A stretch of DNA of 62,920 bases, counting the filler, from Hausera hauseri (lineage: Eukaryota): NCBI GenBank assembly GCA_046269625.1. It is 9 parts of 9 records of this genome, joined end to end, with 100 filler letters (N's around TTAATTAATTAA, not from the genome) between each part and the next. Parts side by side here need not be neighbours in the genome. Positions count along the whole stretch, not along the records: positions 38,111 to 51,232 come from JBJURY010903534.1; positions 51,333 to 57,131 come from JBJURY010187304.1; 7 more parts are not named here. One strand, written 5' to 3'. This document shows, one piece after another, positions 38,111 through 51,604 of this stretch. How positions within the stretch are numbered: position 1 is the first letter of the stretch; every line of letters starts with the position of its first letter. The notes beneath the pieces were generated by a model that made no database searches, was not told where the DNA came from, and saw only the letters and a list, made by a program, of their open reading frames with translations. A program made the translations under genes and the position numbers.

Positions 38111-41100
38111 AGCCGTGAATATAACAGTTTCGTAGCATCGTATCCAAAATTGCCAAGCTGAACATTGATATATGGATCCGTTGTTTGCTTTCTAAAATGA
38201 GAGAGTCACATGTTGGAGAGATTGCTATTTCCGCTTAAAGTTGAATTTTCGCCTGTGATGAACGAGCTGTGCCTGTGACCGCGGCACCACATCACCCCCC
38301 GTGGCAAGATTAAGACTACAAAGAGAAGAATAAAGAGAGATTGTGGTAGGAAAAAGAAGAACTCATATCTCTTCGGTTTTGGTTCGTGTTAGGCGTTGGA
38401 CTCTATATATGAACTTCTCCCTGCTGTAAGTACTAAATGTCACTTGGTGTTACCTGTTAGATGTTACTGGTGCTTGTGGAGTTGTTTAAGGAGAGATGCT
38501 GTAGATTTTGTGGTGTTCTGGGAGGATGCCTCATGATAAGGTGAAAATGGAGCAGAAGCTGAAAAAAGAAAAGGATCACGTGAAGAAGACGAAACTGGAG
38601 ATAGCAGCAAATCGTGCGATGAAGGTGAAATGAGTAGTGGATGTGCAGGCGATGACGGAGAGGCAGACGGTGAGGGAGCAGTGGATGATGACGGAAACGA
38701 AGAGGGCTGAATGTGACGCGAGAGTGAATGCTGCGAAGGATTAAATTCATCAAGGAAATTAGATGATGGCTCGAGGGTGTAGAAGTTAGAGTTGGGATTT
38801 GAAACAATGCTATTATCCTGGTCATCGTCAACGAAGAAGGCTGGCTTAAGATTAGAAATGTGTACGTTTTGAGGTTTGTCATTGTGTAGAATAGTAGCGG
38901 TGTGTGAAAAAAGGTTCAGTAATTTGTAAGGTCCAACATATTGAGGCCGAAAACCAGAAGGTGACGGATCCTTCAGCCATACAAATTTGGCTGAGTATAA
39001 GTCTTCTGGGATATAAGATTTGTCTTTATTTATAAGACGGACGAAGGTATTCGAGTTGACATCAACAAAGTGGGACTGTGCCGCACGAACAACTTCATCT
39101 GACGGACTTTTATCGAGATTGGAGAGCTCAAATAGTGCACGAACTGGTGTCCCAAAGAGAGCCTCAGCAGGAGCACAGCCTGTGGTGGTGGATAGCGTGT
39201 TGCGCCAACCGAGTAGGACAAGAGGAAGAATTGAGGTCCAGTTATGATTGTTGTTTGCCATGATTTTTAAGGAAATCTTCATGGTGCGATGAAATCTCTA
39301 TTGAAGACCATTTGCTTGGGGATGGTACGGCGTCGTATAGAGATGGACTATCCGCAAGTGCTTCACAAGAGATTTGAAAAGATCAGCTTCAACATGCGGA
39401 CTCTGGTCCGTTATGATATGACGTGGTGAGCCAAAACAGCTGACTCATACCTTGATAAATGCATCTGCTACCGAGTAAGTGTTAGTTGATCGAAGCGGAA
39501 CGGCTTCAGGACAGCGGGAAACACGATCCATCATGGATAAGATATATTGGTAACCATTAGAGGACCCACAAGATCTAAATGCACGGTTTCAAAACGAGAA
39601 GTGCAAGGGAAGTGGTAGAGTGGTGGTTCGAAGTGTTTATTAACCTTGTATTGTTGACATGCTACACATCCCTTGACCCAGATCTGTACATCGGTACGTA
39701 TAGTTGGCCATATAACGTGGTGTTGCAATAGATGAAATGTGGCTTTTGAATCCGGATGATGAAGAGAATGAAAGTGATTGAAAGCTGTCTTTTGTAACAA
39801 TGGAGCAAGAATGATTTTCTTGTTGGTCGAGTTAGAAGTGTCATAAGCGATTCCATCGACGATTTCAACAGATTTAAAAGCTTGGAGAATATCAGATGAT
39901 GGCTGATTGCTTTTCACGACCTCAGGGGAGAAAATTGGCTGAAATGTAATTGAGGTAACCGGCCGCTTAAGAAAATCTGCTGCTAAATTTTCGGTACCTA
40001 AAATATATTTCATGGAAAAACTAAACGTTGATAGGTATGATATCTGTCGTTCTTGTCTGGGTGAGGGCTGTTCCAAAGTCATTATGTGATGTAGAGGCTT
40101 ACAATCGGTTTGGATGGTGAATTTGCGTGAACGAAACTAGTGCTTGAAATGCTTTACCGATAGTATTACAGCCAAGAGTTCACGATCGAATGTTGAGTAT
40201 CAGCTTTCCGGTTGCGTAAGCTTTCGGGAATAGAATTCTAATGGTTCATCGACGCCATTGCATATTTGGTGTAATATTGCACCAGTTGCTGTAGTTAGCG
40301 CATCGGTAGTTAATATTATTTCAGCGTTTGGCTTTGGAAAGGCCAAGATTTCCACAGTTTTCAGACCTTCACGAAGGCGATCAAATTGGTTTACTAGATC
40401 GGGAGTCTAATGGATTAATCGTCTTTTATTCCCAGATGAGAGGTGTGCAAAAGGTGCCATTAGTTCGGAACAGTGTGGTACGTATTTTTGTACAAAATGC
40501 AATGTCCCTAGAAAACGCCTCATATCCGTAGTAGTGGTTGGCAACGTCACATTTTTTAACTGTTGTAAGCGATCGGTCTAGGGCAAGTACCCTTCGGAAG
40601 CAATTATGTGGCCTAAGAAGTTGACGCGTTTCTAGAAAAAATTGCATTTGGCGAAATTAATTTGCAGGTTGCTTTGATGCAATCTGTGGAAGATAATTCT
40701 TAAGTGCTCATGATGTTTTTTGATGGAGCTGGAAGCGATTAATATGTCATCTATATATTGGTGAGCGAAATCAAGACCAGAAAACACAGTGTCAATGTGG
40801 CGCTGAAAGGTTTGAGATGCACTACGTAGGCCGAAAGGCATGAAGATGTATTCGCAAAGCCAAATGGTGTGATGACAGCAGTTTTTGGAATGTCATCAGG
40901 GGCAACAGGAATTTTATGGTAGGCCTTGTGTAGATCAATGGTAGAATAGGTATTGGTGTTGTTGAGGTCATGACGAATATCTTTAATGAGTGGTAGTGGA
41001 TAGGCATCAGTAATAGTTAGATTTTTTAATTGTCGATAGTCGCCACATGGCCTATAGGTATCGTCTTTCTTTACCAATACATGAAGAGGAGAAGCCCACG

Positions 41101-41800
41101 GTGAATTAAATCTCCGAATGATGCCAGACTTTTCCACTTCATTAAATTTCTGTTCCACAGCTTTACATTTGCGTGGCGACAAAGGTCTGACCTTTTGTCT
41201 GATCAGCTTCTGATGCTCTGTTACTATGAGATGATAAGTTGTGGATGGAGGCTTAAAGTTGACGTCCCTTTTAACTATGCCAATGCAAGACGTTGTGACG
41301 TATGATTTAAGATTTGAGTCTAAAGATAAGAATGAATGAGGCATATCATTAGAGAAAACAGCTCCAGTGATTGACGAAAAGCAACTGGCATCTCTACTGT
41401 TAACGCCTAATTTGGCTTTTTGTTTTAGAATAGATTTATGATTGTCGTTCGTAAGTGAAATATTACCATCTTTATTGGAAGTTTTTTGTAGATGACGAAG
41501 CGTTCAACATATTCACAGATGAGTGTAATGAATTTCTTGCTAAATTGTCTTCGAGACACATGTTGCATTCGAGTTCCTGCTTAAAAGACAGCTGTATTTG
41601 AAATCGACCAATAGATCATGTGAGACAAGAAGATCTGAACCTATTAGGGAGATTTAATGTTGGCCACGTGGGACTTCCAGACAAACTTATCTGGCAAGTT
41701 GGCGAATGTGAAAGTCAATTCCGTATTTCCAGCAACGTGCAACAGTTGACTACTGGCAGTGAAAAGCGGTGGACAAGAAATCATAGTCGATGTAAGAAAG
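38111..41800 (-). mobile_element. Gypsy family A copy A2 (protease end to PPT and start of 3' LTR)
   Basis: RT/RH/IN fragments; PPT ggggggtga then LTR TGTGGTGCC from 38291 to the gap; closely similar to A3. Confidence 0.92.
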
Positions 41801-41808
41801 TTAACTAG

Positions 41809-42338
41809 TTATTCAGTACAAGTCATGACATTGAGCAGAAAAGGTCTGGGTCCACTAATATCTTCCGAAATTGCCGATACTAATATCCTCTTACCGCAAA
41901 GACAGATGAGTTCACACGGTGCCCATTTCAGTTTAACAGCATTAGGTCCCGGAATAAACTGTTCAGACTTCAAAGAAATATTTTCTTTATAATCAACATC
42001 ATCATAAATATAGTGATTATAAGACTGGTTCATAGAATATAAATTATTGGTATTATAAGCTTATTTATTAACCGTATTAAGAGAATCGGAAGCTTCATCC
42101 ACATTATCAAAACAACATAACTCAATTTACCATTTTCATAAACTTTTTTGATAACACTCTGTCCGCTTAAAATTTTTTCATAACATTCCTTAGATAATAA
42201 AACTGTATCGGATTCGTTTGGTTTATTATCGTCAACAATACTTACTTTAATTAAACTTTGTTCATCATATATTTCACCGTCATTCATCATGCAATTAAAA
42301 AACAATAGTTTGTAAAAACCGTCTAACGACAAAAACAA
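41809..42338 (-). pseudogene. Non-retroelement cargo, possibly a LITAF-domain gene fragment
   Basis: APCELICLCGKRILVSAISEDISGPRPFLL resembles the first half of a LITAF zinc ribbon; truncated at the A2 junction. Confidence 0.3.
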
Positions 42339-42492
42339 AAGTCCTTATTTATTTACATATTTAAACAAAAATTTTAGTTTTCTAACCAAATCACCCGTTG
42401 GGTGAATGTGTGCACCACAGTCATTACCATCCATTTTTCGGCGTAAAAAATAATTTAAATACTTTGTAAGAAGAAGGATCAGAAGTTATATT

Positions 42493-42507
42493 CCACTTCT
42501 GACACCA
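42493..42507 (-). promoter_or_regulatory. Primer-binding site, tRNA-Leu type
   Basis: TGGTGTCAGAAGTGG 2 nt after the LTR end. Confidence 0.8.
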
Positions 42508-42509
42508 AC

Positions 42510-42941
42510 TGTGGCTGAATAATCCAACTAGAGTGACAATAGTTTTTATTGCAATTCAAGTACAAAATTCTAATCGCTAATTACAAATCAATTCTTCATG
42601 CTATAATATATATGTACATACAATAATAACACGACTATACATATAGCAATTATATAACGAATGTCTTTAGGGATCAGTTCATCTATTGGTAATTATCGTT
42701 TCATTCCAATATTGTCATATATAAACTAATTGGAACCACGATACTCATTGGAAATATTATTTGATTTAACTAACACTCGCATAAATAAAAACGTTGAAGA
42801 CACAAAATTGTAAATAAAAACTATAATACAAGTATAGAGAATTACTAGAATTACATCTACTTGTAAAATTTTACTTTAAAGTGTAGTCATATGGTAGGGA
42901 AAGTCTTCTCACCGGTCCGCTACCCATTCAGTGCGACCACA
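42510..42941 (-). repeat. LTR of a further family (D), 432 bp
   Basis: TGTGG..CCACA termini, TATA-like and AATAAA motifs, followed by PBS; related fragment at 51040-51232. Confidence 0.8.
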
Positions 42942-45900
42942 CTTTAAGCACTATATCACTCCCGTGGGCAAATGAAGATTACAAAGAAAAGAATAAATGG
43001 AGATTATAGTAGGAAAAAGAAGAACTTATACCCATTCGGTTTTGGTACGTGTTAGACGTTGAATTCCATCTATGAACTTCTCCCTGCTGTAAGTACTAAA
43101 TGTCACTTGATGTGATCTGTTAGATGTTACTGGTGCTTGTGGAGTTGTTTGAGGGAGAGATATTGTAGATATTGTGGTGTTTTGTGAGGATGCTTCATGA
43201 AAAGGAGAGAGTGGAGAAGAAGATGAAAAGGGACAAGGATCACGCGCAGAATATGAGACTGGATATGTCAACGAATCGTGAGATGAAGGTAAAATGAGTG
43301 ATGGATGTGCAGGCGATGTCGGAAAAGTCAATGATGAGGGAGCAGTGAATGATGACAAAAGTAAAGAGAATTGATTGTGACGCGAGACTGAATGCCGGGA
43401 AAGATTAAAATCATCAAGGAAATTAGATGATGGCTCGAGGGTAGAGAAGTTAGAGTTGGGATTTGAGACATTACTGTTATCCTGGTCATCGTCAACGAAG
43501 AAAGCCGGCTTAAGATTGGAAATGTGTACGTTGTGAGGTCTGTCCTTGCGTAAAATAGTGGCGGTGTGCAATGAAATGTTCAGTAATCTGTAAGGGCCAA
43601 CGCATTAGTGTTGAAAACCCGAAGGTGACGGATCCTTTAGCCATACAAACGTGGCTGAGTATAAGTCCTCTGGGATATAAGATTTGTCTTTATTTATAAG
43701 ACGGCAGAAGGTATTTGAGTTGACATCAGCAAAGTAGGACTGTGCTGCACGAATAACTTTATCTGATGTACTTTCATCGAGATTGGAGAGCTCAAACAAT
43801 GCACTAATTGGAGTCCCAAACAGTGCCTCAGCTGGAGCACAGCCGTGGTGGTGGATGGCGTGTTACGCCAACCGAGTAGGACAAGAGGAAGAATTGAGAT
43901 CCAGTTATGCTTGTTGTTTGCCAGAATTTTTAAGGAAATCTTCATGGTGCGATGAAATCTCTCGAGAAGATCATTTGCTTTGAGATTGTACGGCGTCGTA
44001 TGGAGATGAGCTGTCCCTAAGTGCTTTACAAGAGATTTGAAAAGATCAGCGTCAAATTGCGGACCCTGGTCCGTAATGATGTGACGTGGTGAGGCAAAAC
44101 GGCTGACTCATATCTTGATAAATACATCTGCTACTGAGTCGGTGTTACTTGATCGAAGCGGAACGGCTTTAGGCATGCGGGACGCATGATCCATCATAGA
44201 TAAGATATATTGATAACCATTGTCGATAGGTAGAGGACCCATAAAATCTAAATGCACGGTTTCAAAACGAGAAATGCAAGGGAAGTGGTAGAGTGGTGGC
44301 TTGACGTGTTTATAAACCTTGTATTGTTGACATGTTACACATTACTTGACCCAAATCTATACATCGGTACGCATAGTTGGCCATACAACGTAGCGTTGAA
44401 TATATGAAATGTGGTTTTTGAACCCGGATGATGAAGAGAATGAAAGTGATTGACAGCTGTCTTTTGCAGCAATGGAGCAAGAATTATTTTCTTGTTGATC
44501 GAGTTGGAAGTGTCATAAGCGATTCCATCGGTGATTTCAACAGATTTAAAAGATTGGAGAATATCAAATGATGGCTGATTGCTTTTCAGGACCTCACAGG
44601 AGAAAATTGGCTGAACTGTAATTGAGTTAACCGATCGCGAAAGAAAGTCCGCTACTAAATTTTCGGTGCCTGAAATATATTTTGTGGAAAAACTAAAAGT
44701 CGACAGGTATGATATCTGTCGTTCTTGTCTGGGTGAGGGCTGTTTCAAAGTCATTATATAAAGTAGATGCTTATGGTCGGGTTGGATGGTAAATTGACGT
44801 GAAAGAAGCAAGTGCTTGAAATGCTTTACCGCTAGAACTACAGCCAAGAGTTTATGATCAAATGCTGAATATCGGCTTTTCGGTTGCGTAAGCTTTCGGA
44901 AATAGAATTCTAATGGTTCATCGACGCCATTGTATATTTGGTGTAATATCGCACCAGTTGCTGTGGTTGAGGCATCGGTAGTTAATATTAGTTCAATGTT
45001 TGGCTTTGGAAAGGCCAAGATTTCCACAGTTTTCAGACTTCACAAAGGCGATCAAATTGGTTTACTAGATCCGGAGTCCAATGGATTGATTGTCTTTTCT
45101 TTACAGATGAGAGGTGTATGAAAGGTGCCATTAGTTCGGAGCAGTGTGGCACGTATTTGTGTACGAAATGCAAGGTCCCTAGAAAACTCCTCATATAGGT
45201 AGTAGTGATTGGCAACGTCACATTTTTTAATTGTTGTAAGCAATCAGGCTAGGGCGAATGCCCTTCTGGAGTAATTATGTGGCCTAAGAAGTTGACACGT
45301 TTCTGGAAGAAATTGCATTTGGAGAAATTAACTTGCAGGTTGCTTTGATGCAATCTGCGGAAAATAATTCTAAGGTGCTCATGATGTTGTTTGATTGAGC
45401 TGGAAGCGGCTAATATGTCGTCTATGTATGGGTGAGCAAAATCAAAACCAGAAAGAACGGTGTCAATGTGGCGCTGAAAGGTCTGAGATGCGCTACGTAG
45501 GCCGAAAGGCATGAAGATGTATTCATAAAGACCAAATGGTGTGATGACAGCAGTTTTTGGAATGTCATTAGGGGCAACAGGAATTTGATGGTAGGCTTTG
45601 GGAAGATCAATGGTAGAATAGGTATTGGTGTTGTTAAGGCTATGAAGAATATTTTTAATGAGTGGGAGTGGATAGGCATGTGTAATAGTTAGATTGTTTA
45701 ATTGTCGATAGCCGCCACATGGCCTATAGGTACCATCTTTCTTTACTACTACATGAAGAGGAGAAGCCCACGGTGAATTCGATCTCCGAATGATGCCAGA
45801 CCTTTCCAGTTCATTAAATTCCTGTTCCACAGCTTTACGACTGCGTGGCGACAAAGGTCTGACCTTTTGCTTGATCGGCCTCTGATGCACTGTTACTATG

Positions 45901-48190
45901 TGATGTTAAGTTGTGGATGGAGGCTTGAAGTTTACCACCCTTTTAACTATGCGAAAGCAAGACGTTGTGACATATGATTTGAGATTGGAGTCCAGAGAGA
46001 ATGAATGAGGCATGTCATTAGAGAGAACAGCTCCAGTGATTGACGAAAAGCAGCTGACATCGCTACTGTCGACGCCTAATTTGGATTTTTGTTTTAGGAT
46101 AGATTGTCGTTTATAATGGAAATATTGGCGACTTTATCGGAAGTTTTTTTATAGATGACGAAGCGTTCAACAAGTTCATAGATGAGTGCAGTGAATTGCT
46201 CGCTAAGTTGTCTACGAGACACATGTTTGGAGTTGCAATTGAGTTCCTGCTTAAAAGACAGCTGTATTTGCAATCGACCAATATATCATGTGCGGCGAGA
46301 AAACCTGAGCCTATTATGGAAAGTTTAATATTGGCCACGTGGAACTTCCAGACAAACTTACCCCACAAGTTGGCGAATGTGAAAGTTAATTCCGTTGTTC
46401 TTGCAACATGCAACGGTTGACCACTGTTAGTGAAAAGCGGTGGACAGGAAATCATAGTTGATGTAGGAACGAAGGACAAGGGAAGGAGCGAAAAGGCAGC
46501 TCCTGAGTCTATAAGGAAGTCTATGTGAAATAACTCTGAATAACACTACAGCTTTTAACAGAATGACTGCAGAGGCGGTGTTGAAACGGCCAAAAGATTG
46601 AGCGATATTGCCTGCGCCAGAATGTGCCGTAAAATCTGGTGGCGTTATTAGTTTTTTGAAGGTTTTGGAGAAAAGGAAGAGCAGGAGGAAAAGCAAGGAG
46701 ATTTATGGTTGTAATGTTTACAATCAGGCACACATGATCTAGCCCGTGACCGAAACTTATTGTGATAGACGCAAATAGGGTTGTCTACAACGTACCGTTC
46801 GCTGTAGAACCGACAACCCAAAAAACATTTCCGAGCATCCCTTCGAAGTCGCGTGTGATAAAAGCAAGTCATGCGTCCGCCAGGTGAAATGGATCGACCA
46901 AAGTGTCTTGAAATGCTTCTCTCCCTTGAAGGTCTGGTTTCACTTCGTCGAAGCCCATTAAGATCATTTAGTTGGGTAGTAATGGTCAGAATCGACTGCT
47001 GCAACTCGTCAAACTGTTTCTGCATCATTTGCAGTTGTTGTGAAAATGATGTATTATCTGTGTGTGAAGGTGTGTCAGCGGTTGCTGCAGCTACTGGTTG
47101 TGAACTATTAGATTGCAAAATGTCAAAACTTTTGTCTGACAATAAGGCGAGCTTTTCAAGGGCCGTTGAGTCGTCTACTACAGTGAGCAGCGCTCTCATG
47201 GAGGTCGGCAAGGATGAAAGAAAATACCGACGACGAAGATCGGCATTGTTTATGGGAGAGACGCCTAAGGAACTCAGTTGAGATATTTCAGTTTTAAGGA
47301 AATCCGATGGTTTTTGATTTCCGATGACATGTTCATTAAAGTATTTCTGAACTATGCTGTCAATGGAAGGGTCGATAATGTGAAGAACTGATTCATAAAG
47401 CATATCATATGGATTTGAAGAGGTTAGTATATCGTACAGATTATTGATTTGCTGCTTGATATTAGCCGGAATTAGTAGCAACAAACTGTTCGCCCGCAAG
47501 AAGGAATCTGTGATATGATTGGCCTTAAGCCATTGCAAATGGAATTGTAACCAGGTACAACTTGAATTCGTCTTGTCGAGAAAGAAATCTGTGCAAGGGA
47601 GATTTGGAAATGTAGTTGGCGTGGGATCGCAGGACGATGACCAGGTCTGGTCTTAGTGGGATTTTCCACAAGGATCGGGGTCCGATCCACCCCGTAGGCG
47701 AGAATGGAGAATGAGACAGGTGTCTGAACGTTCGTGGCATATGAAAGACAAGAGGGAGTCTGAAGGATGTATTATAAGCCCTTGATATGTGAAATAGAAA
47801 TCAGAAGTGTTATATGATGTACACAAAGCGTTACATAAGAACTGTGCTGTCTCATTGGGTGGAGCTTGTAAGTTTGTGATGTGTGGATTGTAGCTAAGGA
47901 CTATGAAAGATAATTGTAATGAGGTCATCCCAAGGGAGCGATGAAATGCACGGGAGGCTTGGGCGATTATCTTTTGGGTTAAAAAGCGGTTCGTGTACAA
48001 CCGGGATAGCGGTGGCAGGTGATGATTGGGATAAAGGAATATCCAAAGATGTTAAACTTAGAAAACCTTTAAAATGAAAAATGGTGTTAACCACGAGACC
48101 TGCATAAGCGCAAAAGGTGGTCGCACTGGTGGGCATGAATCACTGAAAAAAAACTCACCCACCTGAGTCCGAATGTGATTTTTCTGAACG
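42942..48190 (-). mobile_element. Gypsy family A copy A3 (Ubl-gag-pol to PPT)
   Basis: RLRGG Ubl, gag 46648..47538 with two CHCC knuckles, FLIDSGA protease, YIDDIL, TTDAS, integrase, S/P-rich tail. Confidence 0.93.
47686..47930 (-). other. Ubiquitin-like domain N-terminal to Gag (A3)
   Basis: LQLSFIV..NLQAPPNETAQFL..DFYFTYQGLII..TCLILHSRLRGG. Confidence 0.78.
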
Positions 48191-48199
48191 TCACGACCG

Positions 48200-50490
48200 C
48201 ATCCTCATTATGACCTTGACTACAAGACGAGTTTTTTGTAATACATGGAGATGGAGGTATTGCAGTAAGGTCTATTTCACCTCGAGAATCAATAGAGTTT
48301 GATGATACTGTTCCATCAACTTGTTTTCCAGAGCTGAGTCCTTTTATATATTCTAATTCCTTCCTAATGTCATCATTTAATACAGAAGTTCTAACAAATT
48401 CTAACGATGGGTCATGTGGAAATAATTTCTTTCTATCAAGAGACTCGGATTCAATATCCATTGATTCTTGAACAGTCAACCTTTTGGGACCATCTCCGTC
48501 TTCACTATCCGATGTAACATGTTCACCCATGTGTTCAGGTTTCTCCAAAATGACGATTTCTTCTGTTTCTTCCTCTTCAATTTCCCAACTAATTACTTCC
48601 GTTGTAACTTTTCGTAGAAATTCAAATATATTTAAATAATGCTGCCTTCGGGCAATGAGCAGCAGTCCATCCTTGATTATTTTTAATGTTCGGATCAACA
48701 CTTCTATAACCAGAGATACATTAACTGCAGATGGCCTTGTTGTGCGGCCAAATATAGAGGGGTATAACCTAACTCCATTTTTTCGTATAATTCATCCTTT
48801 GACATTAATCCAATAAGATATCGGGAAATGTTTATTTGACCAAAATGAGCAGATGTTTGTAGTGATGTATAACCGGCATTTGTTTTTAAACTGATTTCAG
48901 CGTTTTGTTGAACAAGAATCTTAGCTACAGCTACCTTATCTTCCTGCGCAGCCAGATGCATTGATGTTAGTCCATTCTCAGCTTTATGATTAACATTTGC
49001 TTTATGTTCCAGCAACAAAGACACCATATCCATGTAACCCTCATGACTGGCTAACTGCAAAGACGTAAAACCGTTTCTTGATTCTGAATTTGGATGGGCA
49101 TCGTGTATCAACAAATTGCTTGCAATATTTTGGTTATTCATTTTAGCCGCGATGTGCAATAGAGTATAACCATTAAAAACCTAAAGTTTTGCATTCGCTT
49201 TGTATTCCAAAAGCAATTGGACAATCTTAGGATGCTGATGTGTTGCGACGTGAAAAGGAGTTAAGCCATTTGATGCTGTTTTGTTGGTATCAGCCTTCTT
49301 TTGCAGTAAAACAACAGCAACGTTGAACTTATTGTACTTCGCGGCAATATGTAGGGGTGTATACCCTCTCTTTGTTTTGGCTTCGATGTTTGTTCCGTTT
49401 TCAATTAACAGAGTAGTGACCCCATCTTGGCCTTCCTTTGCAGCTACGTGTAACAGTGTATAGTTGTCATTTGTTTGTGCATTTGGATCAGAACCACTTT
49501 GTAAGAACAATGTCACTAGTTCTATATTTCCGTTTCTAGTAGCTATGTGTAAAGCTGTTGTATCTTCCTTAGCTCGAGCATCCGCTAGTGCACCAGATCG
49601 AAGAAGAATTTTAACATTTTCCGTTTGATTATTTCGTGTCGCTAAATATAGAGGCGTTTCTGCTCTCATTGTACCTTGTTCGATATTAGCTCCTTTTTGA
49701 ATTAACATATTAACTGATTCTTTTGGTCCAACAAAAGCTGCTACGTGGAGAGGTGTTAGGCCAGACTCAGAACTTTCTTCGGTAGTCGCTTCCAAAAGAG
49801 CGCCATAATTTAGCAATAATTCAACAATTTTCACTCGATGTTTTTACAAGAAATATGGAGAGGTGTAAATCAATTCATTTCTCGACTGTTTGGATCACAA
49901 TGTCTAAGGGAACCCTGGCGACTTTTTCGTTGACATAATGGGTTGCTACATGAATAGGTGTTAGAAACTCCTGTTATTTCGTTTATATTGGCTCTACGAA
50001 GAAGCAGCACTCTAGCAGCATCGTCACAATCACATTGAGCAGTCATGTGTAACGGCGAAAGGCCATTCTTTGATTTAAACTGAACGTCAGCTCCATTATT
50101 CAACATGAACAAAACGATATCAAGATGGCCTTCCTGCGCGGCCATGTACAAAGGTGTAAAACCGCTCGTTGATTTATGATTAATATTAGCTCCACTTTCA
50201 ACGAGAATTTTTATGACGTCTAATTTGCCCGATAAACTGGCAATATGCAACGGCGTATTGCCCCTTTTCGTTACAGTGTCAAGCTTTGCTGATCTGTTAA
50301 GAAGTTCTTTAACAACGTCAATGAAAGCATCTTTGGATGCAAGACGCAAAGCAGTCAATCCAATATCATTGCATGTGTTAATATCTGTTCCCGTGTCCAG
50401 AAATTCGATAACTTTCTGTAGATTTCCAGCCCTTGCTGATCTTAGAAGGCTTTGATTTGATTCCGTATTTTCGGCATTCGATTTTGTCAT
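48200..50490 (-). pseudogene. Intronless ankyrin (ANK1/2/3-type) membrane-binding-domain copy, frameshifted, internally deleted, truncated before ZU5
   Basis: LLRSARAGNLQKVIEFLDTGTDINTCN, GNTPLHIASLSG, GFTPLYMAAQE, post-repeat LRKVTTE..PEHM..SDSEDGD. Confidence 0.88.
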
Positions 50491-51022
50491 TGTTGATAGA
50501 AAAAAAAATCCATGAATATTTGGTTGTTTATAGTCCACGACCAAAACTATTTTCATTGTACAATTCTTTTCTTTTTGTATATCCATTATGTACTGATGAT
50601 TTCGAAGAAAATATTTTCCACACATCAATTCCACCGTCAATATGATATGATAAATACTGACCAGTAAAGAAAAGAGGATACCAAAGATTCTCTTTATTGA
50701 ACAAACTTTGAATTATATTTATCTGTGGAACGTGACAAAAGGTCATTAAACTCATATTTTTTGTTAAATCATCCAAACTGATCCAAAATTCAAACTCATG
50801 ATTGAACTTTAAATTAAAACGTCTTCGGACAACATCATTTATAGATTCCCATTCCATTGAGCCAACACTATAGAATCCTTGCCAATCACCATTAGTAACA
50901 TGGATATAATTCTGACACCAATGCAGAGCCAGCATTATATGGGGATGACGTAAATCAAATGATAGCGAAAACTGATTCTGAACAACAATCATTTTGTATT
51001 TTTTAGAAACTCCAAAATTCAA
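50491..51022 (-). pseudogene. Calpain-like fragment (end of protease core + start of domain III)
   Basis: DWQGFYSVGSMEW..EFWISLDDL..TFCH..W..FTGQY..GG..FLRNHQY..GFFF. Confidence 0.72.
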
Positions 51023-51039
51023 TAATAAATCTTTTTTTT

Positions 51040-51232
51040 CACATTGTCATATTTACATAAACATACCCATATATACATATAGATACATGAAAGGTTGCAG
51101 ATAATGTAACCAATGTCCTTAGAGATCAGTCTATGTATTGATAATTATTGTTTCATTCCAATTTTGTCATATACAAGCTAATTGGAATAATAAAATCTAT
51201 TCGCAAGTATAATTATTTCAATGACAAATACA
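51040..51232 (-). repeat. Fragment of a family-D-related LTR
   Basis: aatgtccttagagatcagt..attattgtttcattccaattttgtcatata..ctaattggaa matches 42660-42735. Confidence 0.75.
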
Positions 51233-51332
51233 NNNNNNNNNNNNNNNNNNNNNNNNNNNNNNNNNNNNNNNNNNNNTTAATTAATTAANNNNNNNNNNNN
51301 NNNNNNNNNNNNNNNNNNNNNNNNNNNNNNNN
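51233..51332. other. Assembly spacer
   Basis: N44-TTAATTAATTAA-N44. Confidence 0.97.
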
Positions 51333-51604
51333 AATTCAAGGAGAGGACAATAATTTCCTCTCGGCTGTCTCTCATCTCAACATAGGCGTGGCACAAGATA
51401 AGCCTACCACTGGCGACATTAAAGTATTTACAAAATTTTTGGAAAACAATTGATCATCTGAATCAATGTCATGAATTGTTATAACGTCAGCATCATCTAC
51501 ATGGTTTGAAATTTCAACAGTTTGATAAAGCCCCTGACTTCGTAATGATTCGACAACATCTCATCGATATTTATTGTCTATTATTGGGAATAGTCGACGT
51601 CGTC

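Noticed and set aside
40300-46700. Programmed frameshifts in pol
   Set aside because: Frame breaks differ between A2 and A3, so they reflect decay or error
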